Source: an uncultured Haloferula sp. (GTDB lineage: Bacteria; Verrucomicrobiota; Verrucomicrobiia; Verrucomicrobiales; Akkermansiaceae). Taken from it: a stretch of DNA of 64,000 bases. Positions 18,641 through 28,933 of the stretch are shown piece after piece; positions within the stretch are counted from its first letter, which is position 1, and each line of letters starts with the position of its first letter. The position numbers were made by a program, and so were the translations under genes. The stretch covers positions 128,001 through 192,000 of the forward strand of contig CBFGTS010000008.1 of assembly GCA_965652295.1 (NCBI GenBank), given 5' to 3'. The notes beneath the pieces were generated by a model. The model did no database searches, was not told the DNA's origin, and was given only the letters and a program-made list of their open reading frames with translations.

Positions 18641-21600
18641 TCAAGGATCACTCCGCGACCAGATCCTCAATTTCAGATCGGAACAGGTCCCGGCCAAGCG
18701 TCCATCGGGCAGCAACACGAGGGTGTGGACGCCGAATCCGGCGGGCGGATGGACCCATAGTGGATTGCCTGTTTCCAGCTCGAATTCACCCACGCACGCA
18801 TCGGGGTCGCTGTTCGCCACGAAGACCGATTTCTCGTCGGCGGAAAAGATCGAGCAAGAGGAGGATCCCGCGGCGCGGGCGATGACCTGCCCGTGGGAAA
18901 GCAAGCCGTTTTCCAACTGCCAAATGTAGGTCCAGCCATTGCGCAGTGCTGCCAGCAGGTGGCCGCCGTCGCGGCTGATGCGCAGGCTGTTGACCCGCTC
19001 GGGCAGGGACAGCTCGCAGGTCACGTTGTTGTTTTCCCAATCGCGCACCTGGATGTGATCGGGCTCGCCACTACGGTCGAGGGAGATGATCAGATGGCGG
19101 CCGTCCGGCGTGAAGGCGAAGGTGTGACCGATGTGGGGAAGGTCGAACGCCCGGTCCGTCAGCTTCTTGAAGTCCGGAAGGCTCCAGAACTGCACATGGC
19201 CGTCGAGGTTGCTGGTCATCAGCGTCCCGTCCGGCGTGAAGCCGAGGTGAACGACCGGGATGCTACGAAGCGTGAAGTAGGTCTCGGTGGTGCCGTCCGG
19301 AAGGGTGCGGGACTCCGGCTTGAGGGGTGAGGTGGAAAGCGTGCTGACTTCTCCTGATGCCGGGTCGTCGATGATGAGATTGCCCTGATTGTTCGTGGAG
19401 ATGAGCATGCCGCCGTCCGGGGTGAGGGCCAGCGAGGTCAGGGGTGCCTCCTGGGTCCAGTAGTCGCCGGTGGAAAGGCTCTTCCCCAAGAGGGGGCCGG
19501 GTTCCAGTGTTTCGAGATCCCACTGGCGCACGCCGTCCTCGGCGCGGGTGTAGAGTTTGTTGCCGGGAGCATCGAGAACCATGGCCCACAGTCGCCAGGC
19601 CGGGTCCGAATGACCGGCGAGGGTGGCGTCGAGGGTCCAGCGGGTCCGGGTGAAATTGCCGAGCAGATTCTCCGCCCGCAGCCGGGCCTCGGCGGAGGGA
19701 GAGGAGCGGGCCAGCTCCTTGATGGCAGGCAGTGCCTCGGGCATGGCTGCCAGTTTTTCCTCGGCCTCGTCGCGCAGGCGCACCCGCGGCGCGGCCAGCT
19801 GCTCCAGCAGCGCTGCGATTTCAGCCTGGTCCTGTGCGCGAGATGGCGGGGCGGTGAAAAGGCAGGCCAGCAGGGCGGTCACGGAGATCATCGAGCGGCG
19901 GCGGAGCGCCCATTCCAGAAAGAGCAATCCGAGCAGCAGGGCGAGCAACGGCCAGCGGGGCCACAACGGCTGGTTCCACGAAACCGCAGCCTGCCTGCGG
20001 CGCTCGTCGGCGACCTCGGCGAGCCAGCCGACGGCATCGGTCGGTGACTCCAGCACGCGGCCGGCCCCTGCGGCGGCGAGTTCCTCCATGAAGGCGGCAT
20101 CGGGTTTGGTCTCGGTGAATTCGAGCTGCGAGTGCCGCAGACCCACCGCCACGGTGTCGGTGTGGGCGGCCTGTTCGGTGGTGGCGTCGAAGTAGATCGT
20201 CAACTGATCGCCGCGGGCGTCGGCGGGCACGGGCAGGCTGCCGATGAATTCCCGCTCGTCGCGGTCGTATTCCAAGCGGACCCGCGGGCTGCCGGGGAGA
20301 TCGAGACGTGCTCCCACATCGAGCGCGAGCAGTTCGTCGAGTTTGGTCACCGAGAGGACCTCCGCCGCCACGGGGAGCAGCTCGCCGGGCTTGGCGGCGG
20401 ATGCTTTGGCGCGGCCAGCGAGCTGGTCCTGGTGCCAGCGCACGCTGTTCTCGCCGAGCCACTTCACGAGGTTGACCCAGTAGTTCCCATACCACGGAGC
20501 CGGATGCGGTGGCTCGGGAGCCTCGGGCGAGCGCGCGGCATCGGCATTGAACTGGAACTCATACCCATGGCCGAGCTCGGTGTGGCGACCCTGTGGCGGC
20601 CCGCCGCGTGGCCCCCAGGTAATGTAATCCCGAGCCCAGCCGCCATTCGGATCGGGCAGCCAAGCGATCGAGCGGCCGCGACCATAGGTCTGCGCGGCCA
20701 TCACCGGCTCATCGCCCTCGGCATCGGCCCGCACCGCCAGCACGATCGCGCCCGGCTTGGCACGTTTGACCCGGTTCATGCCGGTGAAGACCGGATGGGC
20801 GTCGAGCGCACGCTCGTTTTCCTCCGGATTCTCACAGAATCGCCACAAGGGGTGATGCCGCACCGCGTCCGGGATGCGGATCGGGAAGGTCTTTTCCATC
20901 GCCCCCGCCCCGTAGGCGAGCATGTCCACCGGGGTGATCCGCTCCCATGGAGTCTGGTCGTAGTGGCCGACGTCGAAGGTGGTGTAGCCGCCGCCCATCA
21001 GAAAGCCGCCGCCACGCTCGTTGACCCAATCGACCACCCACTGCATCTGCTCGTCGGAGAAATTCCCCACCGGCACATCGCTGATCAGCATGACATCGTA
21101 TCGGTATAATTCCTCGCGGGTGGCGGGGAACGATTTCGAGGGGTCCGGCAGCATTTCGCCGTTGTGGAAAGTCACGCCTACCAGGTTCGGCGAGTCGTTG
21201 TATTCGCTCATCGGCGTCAGGCACTCGTATTCGATGTCACCGCTGGCGTCCCACGCGCGGGTCATCAGTTCCATGTCATTCCACCAGTGTCCCTCGAGGC
21301 CGACCGTGCGCTTCACGTGGGTGCCCTCGACGAAGAGCACGCGCAGTTTGTTCGAGGAGACCTCGACGGTGAAGCCGAAGCGGTTGTCATCGGTGGCGAC
21401 CTCATCGGCCGCTGGCACCAACTCCAGCGTGTAGCGGGTGGTGCGCAGGCCGATGCCGAAGGTCAGCGTCTTTTCCACCGAGCCTCCATCCGCCGACGGG
21501 TGGAAATCGCTGCGGGCCACCTCGGGGCCGTCTTCTTCCCGCAGCACCAGTGCCAGCGGTTCATGGGAGGAAAGGCCGGTGGCGGCGAGTTCGATGTGGA

Positions 21601-22264
21601 GGGCCACCTGTGCCTTCGGCCGGACGCTGCGTGGCGCCTGCACGGCGGCAATCCATGAATTGCGCGGCGGCGTGTCCGTGCCGACGAGCTTGGTGGAAAT
21701 CCTCGACCCGAGGTCGCGGGCCGCGGTCAGGGCAAGGGCGAGCTGATCGCGGTCGTGCGCCCGGCCGTCGGAAACGATCACGATGTCCCGTGGTGCCTCC
21801 TTGCCCCGCCAAAGTAGCTCGCCGAGTGCGTCAGCAAGGCGGGTTTCATCGCCCTGAGGGTGAAGGTCGGTGAAATCCGTGACGTTCTGGATTTCATCTG
21901 AAAACACCGCGAGCGACGGCGCGGGAAGCCCGGCGGCAGCGAGGGTCTGAACGGTCCAGTCCGTGGCATCGGTCCAGCGGGTCGAATCTTCATCAGTGGC
22001 CAGCCTCATGCTTGCGGAACGGTCCACGAGGATGAGCGAGTGGCTTTCCGGGGTGGTGCGGGTGACGCGGCGGACCGGGTTCAGCAGGATCAGGGCGAGC
22101 AGTGCGATCGTGCCCAGCCGCAGCACCACCACAGGCACCTGGAGCCAGCCCGGCTGCATCCGGCGGCCGCGGAAGGCCCGCAAGATCAGGAAAATCACCG
22201 AGAGACCCGCGAGGGCGGCGATGATCGGGAGGGGGAAGGCGGGGTCGAAATCCGGAAGGGTCAT
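18641..22264 (-). CDS. Large membrane protein: vWA + GATase1-like domain, fused to a helical and WD40 beta-propeller module
   Basis: LVDRSASM and IVSDG (MIDAS); GGGFLMGGG...GRGRS GATase-like region; LEWALRRR; C-terminal WD-type repeats (GVRQWD, GHVQFWS, LKLRIWS). Confidence 0.8.
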   Translation of the reverse strand: MTLPDFDPAFPLPIIAALAGLSVIFLILRAFRGRRMQPGWLQVPVVVLRLGTIALLALILLNPVRRVTRTTPESHSLILVDRSASMRLATDEDSTRWTDATDWTVQTLAAAGLPAPSLAVFSDEIQNVTDFTDLHPQGDETRLADALGELLWRGKEAPRDIVIVSDGRAHDRDQLALALTAARDLGSRISTKLVGTDTPPRNSWIAAVQAPRSVRPKAQVALHIELAATGLSSHEPLALVLREEDGPEVARSDFHPSADGGSVEKTLTFGIGLRTTRYTLELVPAADEVATDDNRFGFTVEVSSNKLRVLFVEGTHVKRTVGLEGHWWNDMELMTRAWDASGDIEYECLTPMSEYNDSPNLVGVTFHNGEMLPDPSKSFPATREELYRYDVMLISDVPVGNFSDEQMQWVVDWVNERGGGFLMGGGYTTFDVGHYDQTPWERITPVDMLAYGAGAMEKTFPIRIPDAVRHHPLWRFCENPEENERALDAHPVFTGMNRVKRAKPGAIVLAVRADAEGDEPVMAAQTYGRGRSIAWLPDPNGGWARDYITWGPRGGPPQGRHTELGHGYEFQFNADAARSPEAPEPPHPAPWYGNYWVNLVKWLGENSVRWHQDQLAGRAKASAAKPGELLPVAAEVLSVTKLDELLALDVGARLDLPGSPRVRLEYDRDEREFIGSLPVPADARGDQLTIYFDATTEQAAHTDTVAVGLRHSQLEFTETKPDAAFMEELAAAGAGRVLESPTDAVGWLAEVADERRRQAAVSWNQPLWPRWPLLALLLGLLFLEWALRRRSMISVTALLACLFTAPPSRAQDQAEIAALLEQLAAPRVRLRDEAEEKLAAMPEALPAIKELARSSPSAEARLRAENLLGNFTRTRWTLDATLAGHSDPAWRLWAMVLDAPGNKLYTRAEDGVRQWDLETLEPGPLLGKSLSTGDYWTQEAPLTSLALTPDGGMLISTNNQGNLIIDDPASGEVSTLSTSPLKPESRTLPDGTTETYFTLRSIPVVHLGFTPDGTLMTSNLDGHVQFWSLPDFKKLTDRAFDLPHIGHTFAFTPDGRHLIISLDRSGEPDHIQVRDWENNNVTCELSLPERVNSLRISRDGGHLLAALRNGWTYIWQLENGLLSHGQVIARAAGSSSCSIFSADEKSVFVANSDPDACVGEFELETGNPLWVHPPAGFGVHTLVLLPDGRLAGTCSDLKLRIWSRSDP

Positions 22265-23679
22265 TCGGCGCGGAGAGCGAGGGTGTGTTCGATGCGGTTC
22301 AGCCGGGTCTTCACCTTGTTGATGCCGGTCCGCAGCGCGTCCTGGAGCGTGGCGAGATCGGTTACTTCCCGGCCGTTCACGCTGAGAATCTCCATGCCCG
22401 GCTCCAGTCCGGCGCGGCGAGCTTCGGCCGAGTCGATGGCGGCCACCGAGATCGCGCCGTCGGCTTGGCGGAAGGTCACTCCGGGCAACTTCTCCACGCG
22501 AATGTCATTGAGTTGCTCGTCGGCTTCCGGTTCCTCCGCGGCGGTCAGGGTCACGTCGTGCTCGGCCTCGTCGCGCCAGTAGACCAGCTCGATCGATTCC
22601 CCCGGTTCCAGCCGGGCCAGCTCGAAGCGCAGATCGCCGCGGGTGATGACCGGTTTGGCGGCAGCGCGCACGATCACATCGTCCGCTTGCAGTCCCGCGC
22701 GCCCAGCCGGGCTGTTTTCCATCACGGCTTTCACGGCGGCACCCGCGACCTTGGGCAAACGAGCTGCCTCCGCCACGTCGTCATCGACATCGCCGCTGCT
22801 GATGCCGAAGAACCCGCGCTTCACTCGTCCGTGTTCGGCGAGCTTTGCGGTGATCTCGCGGACGAGGTTCGAGGGAATCGCGAAGCCGATGCCGACGTTG
22901 CCGCCGATGCCGCCCCAGATCGCGGTGTTGATGCCGATCAGCCGGCCCGAGGCATCGATCAGTGCACCGCCCGAGTTGCCCGGATTGATGGCGGCATCGG
23001 TCTGGATGTAGCTTTCGTAGGCGCTCGATCCGCCAATACCGAGGTTCGACCGCCGGGTGGCGGAGACCATGCCCATGGTGCAGGTCATGCCGACCTGAAA
23101 GGGGTTTCCAACGGCGAAGACGAGGTCGCCGGGCCGGACCTGCTCGCTGTTCGCGAAGATCAGCGGGGTGAGGTTCGTGGCATCGATCTTGAGCAGTGCG
23201 AGATCGGTGGCGGGATCGGAACCGGCGATGGTGGCGTGGAAGCGGCGATGGTCGTGCAGTTCGACGAAAAAGGTGTCGGCGATGCGGCCGTTGGGCATGT
23301 GGACGACGTGGCTGTTGGTGACGATCCAGCCGTCGGCGGAGACGATCACGCCGGAGCCCATGCCGGTGACGCGTTCCTGCGGGCCATCGGACTCGTCGCC
23401 GTCCTCCTCCTCGCTTCGATCCTGACCGAAGAAGCGCTCCAGCGGTCCGGCTTCCGCGTCCTTGCCGAGGATCATCGCGGGGAAAACCGAAACCACCGAG
23501 GGAGTCACCGTTTCCAGCAGGGGGGCGAACGAACCCGCCCGGGGAACGGAGACCGGAGCGGCGGGGGAATCGTCGAGCTGACAGAGTGCCGCCGCCTGGT
23601 GGGCGAGCAGGCGCGGGCCGTCTTCGGCCGCGGCGGCGAGGACGAGGGCGGGAAGGATCAGGAGGGTCGGATGGAGCAC
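22261..23679 (-). CDS. HtrA/DegP-family serine protease with PDZ domains
   Basis: TNSHVV, DPATDLALLKI and QTDAAINPGNSGG catalytic triad motifs. GTG start with a signal peptide. Confidence 0.93.
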   Translation of the reverse strand: MLHPTLLILPALVLAAAAEDGPRLLAHQAAALCQLDDSPAAPVSVPRAGSFAPLLETVTPSVVSVFPAMILGKDAEAGPLERFFGQDRSEEEDGDESDGPQERVTGMGSGVIVSADGWIVTNSHVVHMPNGRIADTFFVELHDHRRFHATIAGSDPATDLALLKIDATNLTPLIFANSEQVRPGDLVFAVGNPFQVGMTCTMGMVSATRRSNLGIGGSSAYESYIQTDAAINPGNSGGALIDASGRLIGINTAIWGGIGGNVGIGFAIPSNLVREITAKLAEHGRVKRGFFGISSGDVDDDVAEAARLPKVAGAAVKAVMENSPAGRAGLQADDVIVRAAAKPVITRGDLRFELARLEPGESIELVYWRDEAEHDVTLTAAEEPEADEQLNDIRVEKLPGVTFRQADGAISVAAIDSAEARRAGLEPGMEILSVNGREVTDLATLQDALRTGINKVKTRLNRIEHTLALRAE

Positions 23680-23683
23680 GGAT

Positions 23684-26600
23684 TCAGCGTTGGTTTTCCC
23701 AGACCTCACCGCCGAAGTCATCGGAGAGGTCGCGGAAGTAATCTTCGATTTCACGGCGGCTCTCCTCGGGCAGCTTGCCGCGGGCGGAGGCGATGTTCGG
23801 GTCGGTCGGAAGGCGTTCGATCAATGCCCGCAGGCGGCGGTCGGCGGCATCCACGAGGGGTATCGTACTTCGGTCGAAGGGGGCGGCACGCAGCGGGATG
23901 GCCAAGCGGCCGACGCCGTCCTCGCCACGGTCCTCGAGCAACTCCAGCGTGTCGGCGAAACGGTGGAGGGTGGGACCGCCGGTGATGCCGGGCGCATCGC
24001 CGCCGCCTTGAGCTCCGGGCGATTCCGAGGACCCGCTGCTTTCGGCCTGGTTTTCCTGGGATGCCATTTCGCCCTCACCCTGCCCACCGGGTGTTTCGCC
24101 CTCGCCTCCCTTGCCGGGCTTGTTGCCTTCGCCGCTGTCTTGGCTGGCCAGGGCTTCCTTCAAAGCGGCGGCCTGTTCACGGGCTTCGGTGAGTTCGGTC
24201 AGGCGACTGGCGTCGAGCTGGTCGGCCGCCTCGCGGAAACGTCCGGCCAAGGCCCCGAGCCGGGCGGCGGCACCCTCGCGGGCCGCCTCGCCGGCTTCCC
24301 CCTGTTGCTGCTGTCCGGCCAGTGCCTCCAGCTCCTGGGCCAGCTCGGCGAGGCCCGCGCGCTCGGTGAGTGCTTCCAGAGTGGACTCGGTCGCGGAGGG
24401 CGGTCCGTCTGGATCGGCGCGGCCGGACTCCGCCTTCTTCGCGAGTTCCTCGAGAATCTCGGCGGCCAGTTCGGTTTCCCGGGCTGCTTCCGCGGCGGCC
24501 TGGCCGGCCGCTTCGGAGGCTCCGCCGGAGCTTCCGGGCGCGGGTTGCTGCGACTCGCTTGGTTGCTGCTCGCGGGCACCTTGTTCGGCACGGTCGGCCA
24601 GCTCGCGGAGCGTTTCCGAGAGCCGTTGGAGGTCGAGTGATTCGAGGAAAAGGGCGAGGTCGAGGAGGTTCCGTTCCGCCGCAGCGAGATCGGGTGCGGC
24701 GGCGGTCGGCGGCTCGGAGCGCAGGCCCTTGTCGGCACGGGCTGCGGCTTTCTCCGCCTCGTCGATCAGCCGTAGCGCGCCCTCGCTGCGCTCGGGATGA
24801 TCGACCAGAATCGCGTAGAGTTCGCCGCTGTCCGCCAGTGCGACCTCCTGTTGCCGGCGGGTCGCCTGGATGTTGTTGCCTGCCATGTTCTCCGGCGTGA
24901 TCTGGCTGGCGACGTTCTGTTCCTCGGCGGCGATCCGGCGGGCTTCCTTGGCCAGGTCCATCATCGAGGGCGGAGGCGGATCCTTCGGGGGGTGCGGGCT
25001 TTTTCCGCGGCCGACGATAGTGATGAGTTCCTTGCGCAGGCGGAGCAGGGTGGAGAGCGCGCGGTCGGCCGAGTCGAACCCCTTGGCCAGGTCGGGCCGG
25101 GCGAGGATTTCCGCGGCCTCTCCCATCTGGGTGCCGGCGGTTTCGAGAAGCATGACGTCGTCCAGCGGAATCCCGCCCTCGGCATTCCACTCGGCGGCCG
25201 TGTTGAGGGTTTCGTTGTAGAGTGCCGCCTCGCGCATCGACTGCTCGCCCACCTTCTCCAGTGCTTCGGGGGTGAGACGGTTGCGGTGGGACTCCTTGGT
25301 TCGGAAAACATCGGAGACGATGCCGCGCTGGCTGCCGATGATCTCGTCGAGCTTCATGATGGCATCGCTGACGGCCTCGGGGTCGGCTTCGTCTTCTTCC
25401 TCGTCGCCCCCACCGCCGACGGCGAAATACCAGCGCATCTGGAACTGGCGGATATCGACCGCCCGCAGCGGGCTCACCGACCGCGGGCCGCCGCGGGGCT
25501 TGTGGTCGAGCGCATAGGCATGGAAGCGGACGTTGTCGGTGATCGCGAGCGGGACCTGATCGAGCATCAGGCGGGCGATTTCGTTGATCTCGCGCTGGTT
25601 CTTTGGATCGACCACTCGCTCGAGCAGCCAGCGGCGTTCGCCGCCGGCATCGAGGATGAGACCGATCTCCGAAACCCCGAAGTCGTCCGTGGCACGGATG
25701 CGGACCGGCATTTCCGCGGTGGCGATGAGTTCGAGGTCCTTGCCGGGCTCGATGATCTCGACCACCGGCAGCTTGTCCACGACGCCCTCGACCTCGAACC
25801 GCCAGGCGTCGAGCCGCTCGCCATCAGCGTGATGAATCACCAGCTCCGCCCGGGTTGTTCCGGGCACGATCGCGGTGGAGGTGGAGAACACCGCGCCCTC
25901 CTGCGGGGACAGCTCGACCGGCGGGGCACCGCCGAGGCTCCAGGTGACGCGGGCGGGGAGCGCATCGAAGGCGAAATTCCAGGTCGCCGTGCTGCCCTCG
26001 ACCGCGCGGACATCGCCGCCGGCCACGGTTTCGGAGGGCAGCCCGGTGTAGTCGGGGAAACGAAGCTCGGCCTCGGCCTTGACCAGCTTCGGGATGGGTC
26101 GGTAGGCGATCGTTTTCTCCTCCACCCGCGCATCGCCGGCGAGGATCCGAAGGCGGATGTCGGCGGTCTTTCCGGTGAAAACGGCGTCCCAGGTGCGGCC
26201 ATCCTCGCGGCGGGTCAGATCGAGCGGTTGCCAATCGCCATCGCCCACCGCGACCTGAAGCTCCGGCTGGGCGGCACGGCCGTGGACGGTGATCTCGACC
26301 CGCGGCGGGTGGGTCTCGTCGAAATGGCGCGGCAGCGAGTTCCACGCGATGGTCGTATAGGTGAGGTCGCGGTGAGGCTGGGCGAGCCGGTGCAGGGCAT
26401 GGCGGAAATCGGCCTGGAACACCGCGGTCGCTGCTACGGCAAGGATCGTAGCAAGGGCGAACGCCTGCCGCGTGCGAAGCCGCCGTGTGGGCAGCAACGG
26501 TGCCATCGGCGTCAGGTGCAGCGTCTTGCCGGTCTCACGCATCAGGCGCTCCGCGAAGGCGGCTGACTCGGCGGATGGCGCTGGCGGCCGGGTTGATACA

Positions 26601-26914
26601 TCGAGCGCGGTGCGGATTTTCTGGCCCAGATCGGGATGGGCGGCCTCGACCACGAGGGCGGCCTCGTGGAGGTCGTGACGGCGGGTGCGGCGCAGCCAAC
26701 GGAGGTAGAGGAAGGTGAATCCGGCGAGGGTGATCCCGACCAGCAGGAGACGCACCGGGGGCTGCCATTCCAGCCAGGTGTCGAGGCCGGCGACGGCCGC
26801 GACGGCCCCAGTGAGGATGGCCAGCGCCGTGGCCAGGGCGATCCGCCGCGCGTGACGGCGGCGGGCCTGGGCCAGGGTGGCGAGGGGTGCGAGGACGGGT
26901 GGTGGCGGCTTCAT
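23684..26914 (-). CDS. DUF4175-like large membrane/coiled-coil protein of MoxR clusters
   Basis: N-terminal TMs, FPDYTGLP, ATDDFGV, long helical region, C-terminal IEDYFRDL. Confidence 0.72.
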   Translation of the reverse strand: MKPPPPVLAPLATLAQARRRHARRIALATALAILTGAVAAVAGLDTWLEWQPPVRLLLVGITLAGFTFLYLRWLRRTRRHDLHEAALVVEAAHPDLGQKIRTALDVSTRPPAPSAESAAFAERLMRETGKTLHLTPMAPLLPTRRLRTRQAFALATILAVAATAVFQADFRHALHRLAQPHRDLTYTTIAWNSLPRHFDETHPPRVEITVHGRAAQPELQVAVGDGDWQPLDLTRREDGRTWDAVFTGKTADIRLRILAGDARVEEKTIAYRPIPKLVKAEAELRFPDYTGLPSETVAGGDVRAVEGSTATWNFAFDALPARVTWSLGGAPPVELSPQEGAVFSTSTAIVPGTTRAELVIHHADGERLDAWRFEVEGVVDKLPVVEIIEPGKDLELIATAEMPVRIRATDDFGVSEIGLILDAGGERRWLLERVVDPKNQREINEIARLMLDQVPLAITDNVRFHAYALDHKPRGGPRSVSPLRAVDIRQFQMRWYFAVGGGGDEEEDEADPEAVSDAIMKLDEIIGSQRGIVSDVFRTKESHRNRLTPEALEKVGEQSMREAALYNETLNTAAEWNAEGGIPLDDVMLLETAGTQMGEAAEILARPDLAKGFDSADRALSTLLRLRKELITIVGRGKSPHPPKDPPPPSMMDLAKEARRIAAEEQNVASQITPENMAGNNIQATRRQQEVALADSGELYAILVDHPERSEGALRLIDEAEKAAARADKGLRSEPPTAAAPDLAAAERNLLDLALFLESLDLQRLSETLRELADRAEQGAREQQPSESQQPAPGSSGGASEAAGQAAAEAARETELAAEILEELAKKAESGRADPDGPPSATESTLEALTERAGLAELAQELEALAGQQQQGEAGEAAREGAAARLGALAGRFREAADQLDASRLTELTEAREQAAALKEALASQDSGEGNKPGKGGEGETPGGQGEGEMASQENQAESSGSSESPGAQGGGDAPGITGGPTLHRFADTLELLEDRGEDGVGRLAIPLRAAPFDRSTIPLVDAADRRLRALIERLPTDPNIASARGKLPEESRREIEDYFRDLSDDFGGEVWENQR

Positions 26915-28848
26915 GCGCCGGGGCTGGGTTGAAGGGGTGGAGGACGGCGGGTGGCGACGATACCTTCGGCCACGAGCAGGAGGAAACAGAAGAGGACCAG
27001 CCAAGGCCACCACTCGCCGGTCTTCGTCCCGGCGGCTTGGTCGGGCTCCGTTTGGACGGAAGGCGCAGGTGCGGTGGCATCGGGCAGCCCGTAGGCTTTG
27101 CGGAAGGTGGCGGCATCGACGGCGGCGACCGAGGCCTCGCCGGGGTCCGCCGCGACCACTTCGGCCGCGCCGTCGGGCAGGGAGTAGCTGCCGATTTCCC
27201 GGTTCTCACGGAGGCCCGGATGGCGAACGACCGCGCTGTGTTGCTGCGGTTGATAGCGGGTGAGGTGAGCGAAGAGGCTTTTCACCAAAGGCACGAACAA
27301 CGGCTCGCGGGGAAGATCGGTCCACTCGCGGGTCAGGCCGTGCGCGAGCACGATGACCGGCCCGGCGGCGGGGTCGGTGGCGACTTTTTCCAGCAGCACC
27401 GGATGCCCGCCTTCAAGCGTGGCGAGCGGTTTCCAGCCCTCGCCATGATGGATCAGGAACGCATCGCGCCAGGTCAGCAGTCGCAGGTCACCGCCATCAG
27501 GCTCATGGAAAGGCGATAGGGCGGGGTGCTCCCGGTCCCACGAGGCGAGGTGGCGCTCCAGCATGCCGCCCCGGAGATCGACGGAGGACGGGAAAAGCCC
27601 GAGATCGGCGAGCAGGGCGGTGGCTTCCGGCGTCCAGCGGGCGTCGATGGCGATGAAAAGCCCGGCTCCGGCGGCGACGCGGGCGGCGATCTCGCGGGCA
27701 TCGCTGAAGGAAATCTGCGTGGGACCGCAGAGGGCGATGGCGGAAAACGCGTCGAGATCGATCGCCCCGAGCGGCGCGGCACTGGTGTCGTCCCCGGTGG
27801 GCTCCCGTCCGGCGATACCGTAGCGGATCTCCGGGCGGAAGGGCGAGAGTCCGTGGGCGGCTCCGGACGCGGCGAGGGCCTTGTCGAGGAAGTAGCCTTG
27901 GCCCTCGAACGGGGTGCTGCCCGGCGAGCCGTCGAGGATGAGCACCGGTTCCGGTTCCATCCAGCGTATGGCGAAGGGCCGTTGGTCGTCGGCAGGCCAA
28001 GCGTCGTTTCCTGCCAAGGACACCGTGCCGCGGACGACCTCGCGTGGCGGACGGAAGGAAAACAGCGCCCGCGCCAGACCCGCAGGGACGGCTTGCTTCA
28101 GGTTGAGTCCTTCGGCCGAAAGGGTGATCTCGCGTGGATGATCGGCGGGCGTGACGCGGGCCTCGATCTGCATTTCCTCGGTGACGAAGGGCGTGATCAG
28201 CTCGGCGGACAGGACGGCGTCATTGTTGTCGGAGGGCGCCTCGATGGCGATCGCCTCCACCGGCACCCGCGGCGGCCAGACGCGCGGTGGCGAGCTGGGA
28301 AGGGCGGCGGTCGCGAAGTGTCCGGCGATGATCACGCGACCGGATTCCAGGCCTTCGTTTCTCAAGTGCTCGAGTGCCCAGTCGAGCGCTTGTCCGACAT
28401 CACCCGCCGCCCCGGGAATGGAGCGGTAGTCTTCGAGGCGATCGAGCACTTCGACGCCATCGGTGAAACGGGCGAAGGTTACGGTTTCGTCGGGATCGAG
28501 CGCCTTGCGGGCTGCTTTGGCCGCTTCTTCCGCCATCTCGCGGGTCATGCTGCCGGAGGCGTCGAGAAGGACGATGGTTTTCCCTCCGGCGGAGTTCGTT
28601 TCGGTCGCGCTCGGGAAGAACGGCCGGGCGAAGATCAGCGCGAGAAGCGCGACCGCGGTGACTCGCAGCAGCAGGAGCAGGCGTTCCTCGATGCGCAGCC
28701 GACGGGTACGTTTCTTTTCCGCGAGGTGGAGAAAGCGCAGCGTGCCGATGGCGAACTCCTTGAATTTCCGTCGCTGGCTCAGGTGGATGACCACCGGAAT
28801 CACGGCGGTGGCCAGGGCGAAAAGAAAGGCGGGGTGGAGCAAGGACAT
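26911..28848 (-). CDS. BatA-domain / vWA protein
   Basis: N-terminal LHPAFLFAL..IPVVIHL...LLLLLR..ARP (BatA), LLDASGSM MIDAS, C-terminal TM. Confidence 0.85.
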   Translation of the reverse strand: MSLLHPAFLFALATAVIPVVIHLSQRRKFKEFAIGTLRFLHLAEKKRTRRLRIEERLLLLLRVTAVALLALIFARPFFPSATETNSAGGKTIVLLDASGSMTREMAEEAAKAARKALDPDETVTFARFTDGVEVLDRLEDYRSIPGAAGDVGQALDWALEHLRNEGLESGRVIIAGHFATAALPSSPPRVWPPRVPVEAIAIEAPSDNNDAVLSAELITPFVTEEMQIEARVTPADHPREITLSAEGLNLKQAVPAGLARALFSFRPPREVVRGTVSLAGNDAWPADDQRPFAIRWMEPEPVLILDGSPGSTPFEGQGYFLDKALAASGAAHGLSPFRPEIRYGIAGREPTGDDTSAAPLGAIDLDAFSAIALCGPTQISFSDAREIAARVAAGAGLFIAIDARWTPEATALLADLGLFPSSVDLRGGMLERHLASWDREHPALSPFHEPDGGDLRLLTWRDAFLIHHGEGWKPLATLEGGHPVLLEKVATDPAAGPVIVLAHGLTREWTDLPREPLFVPLVKSLFAHLTRYQPQQHSAVVRHPGLRENREIGSYSLPDGAAEVVAADPGEASVAAVDAATFRKAYGLPDATAPAPSVQTEPDQAAGTKTGEWWPWLVLFCFLLLVAEGIVATRRPPPLQPSPGA

Positions 28849-28933
28849 CGGCAGCTTGCATGAGCTATCAACATTGCCGGGCGAGGCAAAGGAAGAGTTG
28901 CCACCCCCGGCCATCTTGTTAGCGTGCGCCAGC

